Shown piece after piece: positions 18,353 to 28,150 of a stretch of DNA of 64,000 nucleotides. Source of the stretch: an uncultured Bacteroidales bacterium (GTDB lineage Bacteria; Bacteroidota; Bacteroidia; Bacteroidales; PWNQ01); contig CAYZDA010000008.1 in assembly GCA_964477095.1 (NCBI GenBank), forward strand, positions 276-64,275, in the 5' to 3' direction. The notes under the pieces were generated by a model, which was given only the letters and a program-made list of their open reading frames with translations, ran no database searches and was not told where the DNA came from. The position numbers and the translations under genes are program-made. How positions within the stretch are numbered: the first letter of the stretch is position 1; every line of letters begins with the position of its first letter.

Positions 18353-19837
18353 TTACTTATCCCTAAGGCCGTAAATGGTTCTGAAATGATAGCCATAAAC
18401 CGCCATGGTAATTGCTTCTATGAATAAACGGGGCTTTTTTATGAGCGACCAGAATATGAATTTCCAGTATTCACGCCTGCCTTTGGATGCTACTCCAAGC
18501 ACAAAAACCGATCTTAGAAAAGCTTTGATCCTGGGTAAATCCACATTACTTCTCCCGTTTTTGACTGGCTTATAGTTCAGTAGAAGCTTTCTAATTCGTT
18601 TATAATAAGCTTTTTCTTGATAAATGCTTGTGATGATATGCCGGTAACCCTGTAATAGTTCCCCGGTTTTCATTTTAGGGATAAAATTCATGGTAAAATC
18701 AGTGTTATTGCCAGTGGTAGCAATTGTTAACCTGTTTTCCTTCTCCAGGTTTTTATACAGGCGGGTATTTTTAGGAGCATTTAAAAGGCCCACCATAGCA
18801 GACACTATCCCGCTTTGCTGGATGAAATCGATCTGCTTTTGAAATACAGAAAGTTTATCGCTGTCGAAGCCCACGATAAAACCGCCGGATACCATCAGCC
18901 CGTTGCTCTGTATTTTTTGCACACTTTCCAGCAGGTTGCGGTTTTCATTCTGAACTTTATGACAGCTTTGAAGGGATTCTTCATCCGGAGTTTCAATTCC
19001 GATAAAAGTGGAATTAAATCCCGCACTGCTCATCAGTTCAAGCAATTGATCGTCGTCTGCAAGGTCGATGGAGGTCTGGGCATTAAAACTAAAAGGATAT
19101 TTATGTTCTCTCATCCATTTAATCATTGCAGGCAGGATATCATTTTTCACGGATTTTCTGTTTCCAATAAAATTGTCATCCACTACACTGACAGGTCCTC
19201 TCCATTTAAGTTCATACAATGTCTGGAGTTCGTTCACTAGTTGCCGGCGGGTTTTCATTCTTACTTTACGACCCAGTAAAGCCGTTATCTCGCAAAAATC
19301 GCAGTTAAACGGGCAGCCCCGTGATACCTGAAGGTTCATGAAAGCGTACGCCTTAAGGTTGAGCAGATGATAATCCGGAACTGGTGAAAGTGACATGTCG
19401 GCGTATTTATCCGTCTGATAGAGCCTTTTTGGTTGTCCCTTTTTCAGATCAGCCAAAAAGACAGGCAGGGTAATCTCTGCTTCATTTAATATAAAATGGT
19501 TGACTTGCGGATAATCCTTGTGATCCTGAGTGAAAATTGGTCCCCCTGCAATTACCTTCACATTATAACTTTTACAACGCTCCAGGATTTCAGCTATCGA
19601 CTCCTTTTGCACGACCATACCGCTAATAAAAACATGATCGGCCCATTCCAGTTCTTTGTCCTCCAGGTTTTCAATGTTCAGGTCCACCAGTTTTTTCTTC
19701 CAGTTCCCCGGGAGCATCGCAGACACCGTTAGCAGCCCCAAAGGCGGCACAGCAGCTTTTTTGGAAATAAACTTAAGCACATGCTTAAAACTCCAGAATG
19801 TATCCGGATACCGGGGGTATATTAAAAGTATTTTCAT
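18353..19837 (-). CDS. B12-binding radical SAM protein (DUF4070 C-terminus)
   Basis: PPLGLLTV B12-binding N-terminus, SRGCPFNCDFC, DDNF, FIGIET, C-terminal GYHFR. Confidence 0.9.
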   Translation of the reverse strand: MKILLIYPRYPDTFWSFKHVLKFISKKAAVPPLGLLTVSAMLPGNWKKKLVDLNIENLEDKELEWADHVFISGMVVQKESIAEILERCKSYNVKVIAGGPIFTQDHKDYPQVNHFILNEAEITLPVFLADLKKGQPKRLYQTDKYADMSLSPVPDYHLLNLKAYAFMNLQVSRGCPFNCDFCEITALLGRKVRMKTRRQLVNELQTLYELKWRGPVSVVDDNFIGNRKSVKNDILPAMIKWMREHKYPFSFNAQTSIDLADDDQLLELMSSAGFNSTFIGIETPDEESLQSCHKVQNENRNLLESVQKIQSNGLMVSGGFIVGFDSDKLSVFQKQIDFIQQSGIVSAMVGLLNAPKNTRLYKNLEKENRLTIATTGNNTDFTMNFIPKMKTGELLQGYRHIITSIYQEKAYYKRIRKLLLNYKPVKNGRSNVDLPRIKAFLRSVFVLGVASKGRREYWKFIFWSLIKKPRLFIEAITMAVYGYHFRTIYGLRDK

Positions 19838-19897
19838 GGTTCTGTCAGATTAATTTGTGATAAAGATAAGTATTCGCAGTGCCTGTCAAAAGTAAAA

Positions 19898-19965
19898 GGG
19901 ATAAATCAATCGGACATAGGGACAGGAGACGCTCCGGCAGGATGAAAATGAAAAGTTGGGCTGAA
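19898..19965 (-). promoter_or_regulatory. Candidate LytTR-binding direct repeats
   Basis: Plus-strand GGGATAAA / GGGACAGG / AGGATGAA / GGGCTGAA at 19898, 19919, 19939 and 19958 (19-21 nt spacing), upstream of the radical SAM gene. Confidence 0.5.
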
Positions 19966-19984
19966 TGCTATTCGTCCCTTTTGT

Positions 19985-20830
19985 TTAAAGGGCCTCTTTT
20001 ACAGACATTAAGTATTGGCGGGAAACTGGAATGATATCTGCTGTTTCATGAAGGCTTAACCAGTATTTGTTATATTTTTTGTTAAGTTTATCAGCGAAAT
20101 CCAGGTTTATAATACTGCTGCGATGCGTACGAATGAAATTATTATATTCACTTAACTGAAGTTCCACATTTTTCAAGGTATTTCTCAGCATGGTCTTTTT
20201 AATTTTCTCACCATCCCTGTAGGCCAGCTCAACATAATTGTCAGCAGATTTTACAAATACAATTTCTGAAAGAAATACACGGAAATCATCAACTTCATTA
20301 TTGGATTTTATTTCGATGATTTTTTTTGCTGAGCTTTCCGTGAATTTCCTGAGCTTGTTTTGCAGGTGCTGGTTCGATTGCTTAAGTTCAGTTATTCTTT
20401 TCGAGTAATTTAAAAACTGCCGTTCTACATATATTGTTGCAGGCAGGGCCGCGCAAATAAAACCTATCTTAACCACTGTGTTGAATGTAATTTGCGATTG
20501 ACCAACATATTGGATGTAAAAGATAAAGGCAAGGCTGGTAGTAACATGCAGGCTAATGTAATAGAGCGGGAAAAGCAGGGCATTTCTGGGCCGATCTGTT
20601 TCAGTATCTATTAAAATGTTATGAAACAAAATTTGATTCAGAATAGCAAAAGCAAATACAATTAAACCAAATCCGGTTATAAATATCAACGTGTTTTCAA
20701 ACTCAAATTTTGCTATATCAAAGGGTTGGAAAAACAGGATAAACAGAAATACCAATATACTGATTCCAAAATAAAGCCGGGAATTATTTTTTGTCAGGGT
20801 TAAAAAATGATATAATCGCTTGTTAGCCAT
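19985..20830 (-). CDS. Membrane-anchored LytTR-family transcriptional regulator
   Basis: Four N-terminal TM segments and a coiled coil. LytTR motifs SADNYV, LRNTLK, FIRTHRSSIIN, IPVSR. Confidence 0.88.
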   Translation of the reverse strand: MANKRLYHFLTLTKNNSRLYFGISILVFLFILFFQPFDIAKFEFENTLIFITGFGLIVFAFAILNQILFHNILIDTETDRPRNALLFPLYYISLHVTTSLAFIFYIQYVGQSQITFNTVVKIGFICAALPATIYVERQFLNYSKRITELKQSNQHLQNKLRKFTESSAKKIIEIKSNNEVDDFRVFLSEIVFVKSADNYVELAYRDGEKIKKTMLRNTLKNVELQLSEYNNFIRTHRSSIINLDFADKLNKKYNKYWLSLHETADIIPVSRQYLMSVKEAL

Positions 20831-21116
20831 ATTCAATATAATTTGGAGCAGCTGCTAATATCCGTGGTTGTAAAAATAAATGTGCGTACATTTCTTAAGG
20901 ATGAAGTAACTTTTCTTCAAAGCATATTTGTTAACCGGCTTATTTTTCAGGTAAATTTAATATAAAATGTGCAGAAGATTATATATTAAATGTTAATGCT
21001 CATGAAGCTTTTAAACATATCCTTATTAAAAAATGATCTGGTTTCAAAAGGCCGTTGAATGATGTTTATGTAAACCCTGTCTATTAAAGCTTGTACGCTC
21101 AGCATAATTTGCTGTG

Positions 21117-22346
21117 TCATTCATCTTTAAGCATAGGTTTCACCCTGCCCAACTGCCCGTCAGTTTTGGCTGGTTTGATGTGCATGATTTCGGCTATCAG
21201 GCTGTACAGGTCCACGTTCTCGAAAGTGGCGGCACTATAATTCTTTTTGAAGGCAGGGCCGTAAGCATAGAAAATGGCGTGCATATCCGTATTGGCTGTA
21301 TGATATCCATGCGTGGCTTTGTAATGCAGATCATTTCCCGTAGTTACGCTCCAGGCAGAATCGGCCAGCACGATCAGGTCCAGGGTTCTTGGGTGTGTGC
21401 CATAATGCAGCTCTTCAGGAACTTCACCGTGTTTCCATACGCTGATGTGCTTTATCCCGGATAAAACAGCATAAGCTGTATCCAGGAGGCCTTCTTTTAC
21501 CTTCAGGGTGTAAATGGGATTATGTCCTTCAATTACTTCAAACCAGGAGGTATCTATTTTTTGAGAAAGATCAACAATTTTGTCAGGACTGATCTTTCCC
21601 ATGCCATGATCGGAAGTGACAATTACATTAATCTTATCGCTGTCCGGCAGTTCTGCTATCTTATCCATAAATACACCCACCAGGCTGTCGAGCATCATGA
21701 TTACAGAATCCGTTTTTGGTGCGAAAGGGCCATCATAATGTCCCGTGGCATCAGGCTCATGCATGTACCACATAATAAGTCGAGGGCGTTTTGCCTGCGG
21801 GAGCTTCAGCCAGGCGATCACAGAATCGATCCTATGGTCAAATGGCAGGTCATGATCGTATGGTTTCCAGTAGCTGGCCTGATTATCAGCGCCCAGTACA
21901 TCCGATCCAACCCAAAAGAAAGTGGCTGCAGTGATGTCTTGTTTTTCTGCAGTTTGCCATATGGGCTCACCCTGGTAAAATACCGGATCATTACGTGAGC
22001 TGGAATCTCTCATGTGATAATACCTCCCAAGTTCCGGATCATAGAAGCTATTCTGCACTATACCATGATGATCAGGATAAAGCCCCGTGGCCATGGAGTA
22101 ATGATTGGGAAATGTGTTGGTGGGAAAGGAGGGTTTCAGTGATTTCGCTTTTACCCCCATGGCTGCTATCCTGTCCAGGTTGGGAGTTGGAATACTGTCC
22201 GGGTAATCCCAGCGAAAACCGTCCAGTGAAAGCATCACAACGTAAGGCTCCGGAGATGAGTGTTCGCCGGATTCCCTGGAATTATTGCAGGCTACGCCCC
22301 AAAGCATAACGACTATAAGAATTGAGATAAGATAATTTGTCTTCAT
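21117..22346 (-). CDS. Ectonucleotide pyrophosphatase/phosphodiesterase lipoprotein
   Basis: Lipobox GVAC, SLDGFRWDY, TFPNHYSMATGLYP, TSDHGM, HGY. Confidence 0.92.
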   Translation of the reverse strand: MKTNYLISILIVVMLWGVACNNSRESGEHSSPEPYVVMLSLDGFRWDYPDSIPTPNLDRIAAMGVKAKSLKPSFPTNTFPNHYSMATGLYPDHHGIVQNSFYDPELGRYYHMRDSSSRNDPVFYQGEPIWQTAEKQDITAATFFWVGSDVLGADNQASYWKPYDHDLPFDHRIDSVIAWLKLPQAKRPRLIMWYMHEPDATGHYDGPFAPKTDSVIMMLDSLVGVFMDKIAELPDSDKINVIVTSDHGMGKISPDKIVDLSQKIDTSWFEVIEGHNPIYTLKVKEGLLDTAYAVLSGIKHISVWKHGEVPEELHYGTHPRTLDLIVLADSAWSVTTGNDLHYKATHGYHTANTDMHAIFYAYGPAFKKNYSAATFENVDLYSLIAEIMHIKPAKTDGQLGRVKPMLKDE

Positions 22347-22821
22347 AAAGAATAAGTTCTGAAATGCAAAAATAACGATTGTAATGTTTACTTTGTTTGT
22401 CTTAAAAATTATTTAATCAAGCCGGCGATATATGAATATGTATTACAGGGCAGCGTTAATTATTTTTATAAAGACAGGCCACTGCTTTGGCAGCTTTTCA
22501 TGGGGTTAGACTAAAAAACGGAAGCTAACCATGAGCGGGAAGTTACAGGTTCCTTTTCCATCCCTATGCCATCAAAACTGTCCTCATCATGGCCGCCTTT
22601 GTCGTAAGCTTGCAGGATGTACTCTCTATTTATGAGCTTATTACACTATGCTTGCATATGTATGAAAATACCGGTTTATGTTAAGTCCTGTTCCTCAAAA
22701 GACATCAACCTCTGCATTATTCCCGGCTGTATGGATGAAGTGTGGCTGTCCTGCTTTCCCGTGGCTTTATTTGAACAAAATATACTTTACCTTTGCCTTC
22801 TTAAGCAAACATTTATGCTAG

Positions 22822-23538
22822 ATGGACAATGACCTGAAAAGAATATGGCGCAGTATGATCTTTCCGGTGCTTTTTGTGATAATACTCTGGATAATAAAAA
22901 TCATTGAACTGCAGTTCTCATTTGATTTTTCCGGATTCGGGATTCTGCCTTTACAGGTTAATGGTTTGCCTGGCATATTATTTTCTCCACTGATCCACGG
23001 TGATTTGAAACACCTGATGTCAAACAGTGTTCCTTTGATCGTACTGGGCTGGGGGCTGTTTTATTTTTACCGCAAAGTCGCGCTACAGGTTTTTTTCCTC
23101 TCATGGCTGTTTTCCGGATTGTGGGTGTGGGTTTTCGCACGCGAGAATTATCATATAGGCGCGAGTACCATTGTATATGCTTTGGCAGCATTTCATATCA
23201 CTTCAGCCCTCATCAGGCGCGAAAGGCATGTGCTGGCGTTTATGCTGTTGGTGTTTTTTCTTTACGGAAGTATGATCTGGGGCATGTTTCCTGACTTCTT
23301 CCCCACGAGAAACATATCCTGGGAAGGGCACCTGATGGGTACGGTTGCCGGGATCGTCCTGGCCGTTTTTTACAGGAAGGAAGGTCCTCAGCGGCCGGTA
23401 CCCCGGTGGGAGGATGAAGAAGAAGAGGAAGAAGAAGAATATCCTTATTGGATGGTGGATGAAAAAGATCATGACCCGCGGCAGATTAATATCCGGTACC
23501 GCTATCATTATCACAGGAAAAAGAAAAACAGCGACTAA
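22822..23538 (+). CDS. Rhomboid family intramembrane serine protease
   Basis: HGDLKHLMSNS, HIGAS, ISWEGHLMG, multiple TMs. Confidence 0.9.
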   Translation: MDNDLKRIWRSMIFPVLFVIILWIIKIIELQFSFDFSGFGILPLQVNGLPGILFSPLIHGDLKHLMSNSVPLIVLGWGLFYFYRKVALQVFFLSWLFSGLWVWVFARENYHIGASTIVYALAAFHITSALIRRERHVLAFMLLVFFLYGSMIWGMFPDFFPTRNISWEGHLMGTVAGIVLAVFYRKEGPQRPVPRWEDEEEEEEEEYPYWMVDEKDHDPRQINIRYRYHYHRKKKNSD

Positions 23539-23993
23539 TAATCCCGCAGGCTGCGTTGCATGTCCCGACTGATATCTTTTGACTTAATAGACTGCTTTTT
23601 ATCGAAGCTGTGCTTTCCTTTGGCCAAAGCTATATCTAGCTTGGCCCAGCCTTCTTCGCTAATATGCAGTAATACCGGAACAATAGTAAACCCTTTTTCC
23701 TTAGTTTTATTCTGAAGTTTCTTCAGCTCCCTTTTTGTGAGCAGGAGTTTGCGCGGACGCCTGGGTTCGTGAGTGTAATGAGTTGCCATTTCATAAGGCG
23801 AGATGTGCATTTCGCGCACATACAATTCACCTTTTTTATCAAAGGAACAATATGCCTCAGAAATAGAGGCCTTTCCCTTGCGGATTGATTTTATCTCGCT
23901 ACCCATCAATTCCAGCCCCGCCGTAAACTCTTCTATTAAAAAATAACGAAAAGAGGCTTTTTTGTTTCTGATATTTACTCTGCTTGCATCCAT
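23535..23993 (-). CDS. smpB: SsrA-binding protein SmpB
   Basis: NKKA..Y, AGLELMGSEIKSIR, RKLLL, AKGK..DK. Confidence 0.95.
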   Translation of the reverse strand: MDASRVNIRNKKASFRYFLIEEFTAGLELMGSEIKSIRKGKASISEAYCSFDKKGELYVREMHISPYEMATHYTHEPRRPRKLLLTKRELKKLQNKTKEKGFTIVPVLLHISEEGWAKLDIALAKGKHSFDKKQSIKSKDISRDMQRSLRDY

Positions 23994-24185
23994 AATTGCA
24001 TACAAAATTACAAAACTTCCTGTCTTAATTTTTTTAAGCACCTTTTTTATACGTGCCAGAAAAACGCCAGGCCTGCTATTTTGTTTCCTTTTATAAGCCT
24101 GAGAATATAATAGCCCTTATTTTTTTTGAGAACTAACACTTACTGAAGGAATAAACGTTATATAATCTAAGAAGCGATTAACTAC

Positions 24186-25097
24186 ATGATTGATTTGTAT
24201 GCCATACTTGGAATCGGAAGGAATGCATCGCAGCAGGATATCAAGCGGGCTTATCGCAAGCTTGCTATGCGCTATCATCCTGACAGCGGCGGGAGCAATG
24301 CTTCGAGTGAGTTATTCAATAAGATTTCCAAGGCATATCAGATTCTCTCGGTGCCATCCAGGCGGGCCTGGTATGATAATAAGCGTGTAGTTTATGAGCG
24401 GCGGCGCGATTTCAGGCAGCAACAACGCCAACGGGCCAGAAGTATGGCCGTTACCAGGGCCAGATACTACCAGCAGGCCAGGGAAAGAGACAAGAAAGCT
24501 CTGTATCAGCGTAGGGATTTCCAGGTTGCTACCCTGTCATTGATGATTCTGTTTCTTACCATTTTCCTGTTTAACGATCTGCGGTATCTGGTGATCCGGA
24601 AGCACAATACCAAAACGATCGGTCAGGTGTATTCCACACTTAGCTTTAATAATGACAGCCGGAACCTGCACTACAAATATATGGTAGGTGATTCGTTGTA
24701 TTACCAGCATGAATCACGGGCCACACGGCTGGGGCAGAAGCGTATAATTACGGGTAAAGGAATTCCTGTGCTCAGAAATTATGAATTTCTGGTGTGGTAC
24801 AATCCCAGACACCCCGGGCGCAGCATCATTGATCTTGATCATCCCAACCTGGAAACCATAAATGAATTGAAAAGAAAAGCTGCCAAAAGATTAACGGCTA
24901 CTGAGAAGTATAGTGCCCCGCTGGCAAAATGCCTGGTGGATAAGCTATACAATCATAAAGGGCTCGACGGGCTCGGACATATCCTTTGCAAGAATCTGAG
25001 CTGGATTCAAAACCCTCAGCATAACAGGAAGACCTACAGGAAACTTAAAAAATCTGACTTCTGGGAAAAAGCAATCAGGCAATGTCCTAATGATTAA
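24186..25097 (+). CDS. J-domain membrane protein
   Basis: N-terminal J domain (IKRAYRKLAMRYHPD), one TM at about aa 114-130, C-terminal domain unknown. Confidence 0.8.
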   Translation: MIDLYAILGIGRNASQQDIKRAYRKLAMRYHPDSGGSNASSELFNKISKAYQILSVPSRRAWYDNKRVVYERRRDFRQQQRQRARSMAVTRARYYQQARERDKKALYQRRDFQVATLSLMILFLTIFLFNDLRYLVIRKHNTKTIGQVYSTLSFNNDSRNLHYKYMVGDSLYYQHESRATRLGQKRIITGKGIPVLRNYEFLVWYNPRHPGRSIIDLDHPNLETINELKRKAAKRLTATEKYSAPLAKCLVDKLYNHKGLDGLGHILCKNLSWIQNPQHNRKTYRKLKKSDFWEKAIRQCPND

Positions 25098-25398
25098 CGT
25101 CGCCTATGTGCCTTTTAATGGATTCGATCTTTTGCTGCATCATATTCTCCTTATCTTTTTTGATATCAAATTTTATGGTGGAATAAATCCTGTCGCAATC
25201 CGGTTCAAGCACATCATATGCCCGCTGTATCACCGACAGTGTATCCTCCATGCTGTTTGTTTCAAAAATAGTTCCCATGGGGGTTAATTGGTAAGGATAG
25301 TCTGATTGCTTGAAAATCTCTATTATCCTGCTTACATATTTACTCACACTCACTCCTTTGTCAGTGGGAAACATTGCAAATTCGGTTAAAATAGCCAT
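25087..25398 (-). CDS. MTH1187 family thiamine-binding protein
   Basis: FP..KG.SVSKYV, YQLTPMGT..E, KIES. Confidence 0.88.
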   Translation of the reverse strand: MAILTEFAMFPTDKGVSVSKYVSRIIEIFKQSDYPYQLTPMGTIFETNSMEDTLSVIQRAYDVLEPDCDRIYSTIKFDIKKDKENMMQQKIESIKRHIGDVNH

Positions 25399-25598
25399 AG
25401 TTTTTTCTGCAAAAATAAAGAATACTTATGAAGGTTTTTTTCAACTCCCGCTTTTTTGTAATTAACGTTTTTTGATAGGTTTTTTTGGGGATTCCTCCTA
25501 ATAATTAGAAATTTTGAGCCCCAAAAAGTGCGTTTTAGTTATTAATATCTGGGCCAGGTATACTTCAATTTAGAAATAGCAAATACAAATGAATATCG

Positions 25599-26348
25599 CT
25601 ACAACCATTTCTTCCAGATATTCCAGGCGGCACAGGCCTGGGCATGCAGCATGAGCATGCCATTATAGGTTTTGGCGCCCTGCCTGGAGGCTTGCTGCAT
25701 CAGCATAGTTTTTGCAGGGTTATAGATCAGCTCAAAAAGAATGTTGTTTTCTGAAATCATATGGAAGGGCAGAGGAGGAGCTGCGTCAGTTACCGGCGAC
25801 ATACCCAGTGGGGTACAGTTAATAATCAATGGGTAGTCGCGGAAATGGGTGGCATTTAGCTTGTTATAGCAAACGGAATCATCCGTTGGTTTTCTGCTTA
25901 TAATTAAGCAGGGAATATTTTCTTTCTGAAGCACATACTGTGCACTTTTAGATACTCCGCCACTGCCGAGTATCATAGCACCTTCGGGCTTCTCTGTACA
26001 ATACTTCTGCAACATTTTTTGGAAACCTTCAGCATCTGTATTGTGGCCTTTCAACTTAAGATGATCATGAGTCCGGATAATCTCGATGGTATTTACTGAT
26101 CCGGTCGCTTTTGCTACCGTGGATAGTTCATCCATATATTTCACTATGCTGATCTTATGCGGGATGGTAACATTCAGCCCCAGCAAATGAGGATGATCTC
26201 TGACAATTGCCCTTATCTGCTCCGGCTTTTTAATTGGAAAAAGCGCATAACTGGCATTTGGCAGTGCATGCTTTTCAAAAATCTTCTGAAACAGTTCCGG
26301 GGATTTGGAATGCCCCAGCGGGTAGCCGGTGAGTCCGGCCAGTATCAT
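25599..26348 (-). CDS. aroE: Shikimate dehydrogenase
   Basis: GYPLGHSKSP, GLNVTIPHK, VNT, GHNTDA.GF, NCTPLGM, NG..ML..QA. Confidence 0.92.
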   Translation of the reverse strand: MILAGLTGYPLGHSKSPELFQKIFEKHALPNASYALFPIKKPEQIRAIVRDHPHLLGLNVTIPHKISIVKYMDELSTVAKATGSVNTIEIIRTHDHLKLKGHNTDAEGFQKMLQKYCTEKPEGAMILGSGGVSKSAQYVLQKENIPCLIISRKPTDDSVCYNKLNATHFRDYPLIINCTPLGMSPVTDAAPPLPFHMISENNILFELIYNPAKTMLMQQASRQGAKTYNGMLMLHAQACAAWNIWKKWL

Positions 26349-27349
26349 GCTTGCTGTTTTTTTTCACTGTATTTTTCCAGCACCCAGATCAGTATAAATC
26401 CAGCAGCCATCCAGAAAATGGCGTAGGCAACCTCCATGGAAAGGTCGGGAAGATATCTTTCATAACCGATTATGATGGGCTCACCATGACGGTCGAGTTT
26501 CACAGCGCCGTTTTCATTCAGGAATACTTCGTTTTTCCAGGGCCAGACAATGGCCAGCGAACCAAAAATAAATCCGGATAACACAGCCAGGGTATTATCT
26601 TTCTGATGCTTGAATATCCACGCCAGTACATTGGAGAAAGCAACGACCCCGACCACAGCTCCCACCCCAAAAATTCCCAGTAACTTAAGGTGGGTAACAA
26701 CTTCAGGATTAGCGGCAAAGAAATCAAGGTTTCCCTGTGCCAGTTCTTTAATCGAGGTGGAAAGGGAATTGACAGAACTCACCATCAAGAGCACATAATT
26801 ACCCATTAGCATAAGAATAAACGAGCCGGATAATCCGGGCAGGATCATTCCACTCATGGCAATCATTCCGCAAATAAATACATACCAGTAGTTTTCATTT
26901 TGTTCGGCATGAGCAAGGAATGTCATTCCAAAACCAATGGCTGTCCCCACAACCAGCATGATGATGCGGTCGGCTTTCCATTGTTCAATTCGCCTGGCAA
27001 TGAAAATAACGGAGGCCAGTATGAGCCCGAAAAACAGCGACCAGATGACAATGGGTTCATGCACCAGCAAATATTCAAACAGCCTGGCGATGGAAAACAC
27101 GCTTAGGATTGCCCCCAGAAATACCGCCATAACAAAAACCAGGTTGGTATGCAGTGCGAATGTTTTCCACTTAAATGTGAGCAGGTATCTGAGCGCTTTC
27201 AGATCAAAGGACTTCAGCGAATTGATCAGTTCTTCGTAGATGTTGGTGATTAGCGCGATGGTGCCACCGGATACGCCAGGAATAACATTGGCAGCACCCA
27301 TGCCAAAACCTTTCAACATCAGCACGAAATAATACAGTGTACTCTTCAT
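26345..27349 (-). CDS. DUF368 membrane protein (putative undecaprenyl-phosphate translocase)
   Basis: MGAANVIPGVSGGTIA, MILPGLSGS, WPWK. Confidence 0.92.
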   Translation of the reverse strand: MKSTLYYFVLMLKGFGMGAANVIPGVSGGTIALITNIYEELINSLKSFDLKALRYLLTFKWKTFALHTNLVFVMAVFLGAILSVFSIARLFEYLLVHEPIVIWSLFFGLILASVIFIARRIEQWKADRIIMLVVGTAIGFGMTFLAHAEQNENYWYVFICGMIAMSGMILPGLSGSFILMLMGNYVLLMVSSVNSLSTSIKELAQGNLDFFAANPEVVTHLKLLGIFGVGAVVGVVAFSNVLAWIFKHQKDNTLAVLSGFIFGSLAIVWPWKNEVFLNENGAVKLDRHGEPIIIGYERYLPDLSMEVAYAIFWMAAGFILIWVLEKYSEKKQQA

Positions 27350-27352
27350 CTG

Positions 27353-28138
27353 TCAGATATTGGAGGATTCTTTCATCTGTTCGGGCAGGAACTGAAAGAA
27401 CGTGTCCCCACGTAGGCCCAGGCGCAGTGTTTCCAGTGCAATTACTTCATCAGGAGCAATATTACCCAAATTAACATTGGCTCCGATTTCCTGAATAAAC
27501 CAGGCCTGTTGTGATTTTTTGGGAGCCTCCCACATAACCTTTTGCGCTGGCACACTGCTGATAATCTTATTAACAAGTGACACGTGAGCATTTCCACTGG
27601 GCCGGTAAATACCAACTGTTCCGCTCTCACGGGCTTCAGCAATAACGAGTTTTGAGCCGGCTTCCAGCTCGGTATTCATCATATTTATCCACTTGTTGGG
27701 AGCAATGATAATGCCTTCCTGCTTGGAACCCACCTCCGACAAGACAGTGAAATCTTTGGAATATTCTTCAATCCAGCTGAGTTTTTCATCATGGTCCACT
27801 ACTATACTGCCATCGGAAATCTCCAGTGCTGTTAAACCATATTCCTCAATCACTTTTTTATAATGATCCCTGATATCACGCACCACATAGGCTTCAAACA
27901 AAGTACCTCCAAAATATGGAATTATATTGTTATCCTGATATAGTCTGATCTTTTCTTTCAGCTTGGGTGTTACAGCTGAAGTACCAAAACCGAGTTTCAC
28001 ATAATCAATCAGATGTCCTGCTATTTGGATCAGGTCTTCAGATTCTCTCATGCTTAATCCTTTATCCATAATCATGGCAATACCTTCACTTCTCGGTTTA
28101 GAAGGTCTTTCCGGTACAAACGGTAAGTTGAAATTCAT
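27353..28138 (-). CDS. comA: Phosphosulfolactate synthase (ComA) family protein
   Basis: KPR..G..MIMDKG, VKLGFGT, GGTLFE, EISDG, EARESG, WEAP, VNLGNI, LETLRLGLRGDT. Confidence 0.9.
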   Translation of the reverse strand: MNFNLPFVPERPSKPRSEGIAMIMDKGLSMRESEDLIQIAGHLIDYVKLGFGTSAVTPKLKEKIRLYQDNNIIPYFGGTLFEAYVVRDIRDHYKKVIEEYGLTALEISDGSIVVDHDEKLSWIEEYSKDFTVLSEVGSKQEGIIIAPNKWINMMNTELEAGSKLVIAEARESGTVGIYRPSGNAHVSLVNKIISSVPAQKVMWEAPKKSQQAWFIQEIGANVNLGNIAPDEVIALETLRLGLRGDTFFQFLPEQMKESSNI

Positions 28139-28150
28139 ATTTATCGGGGA

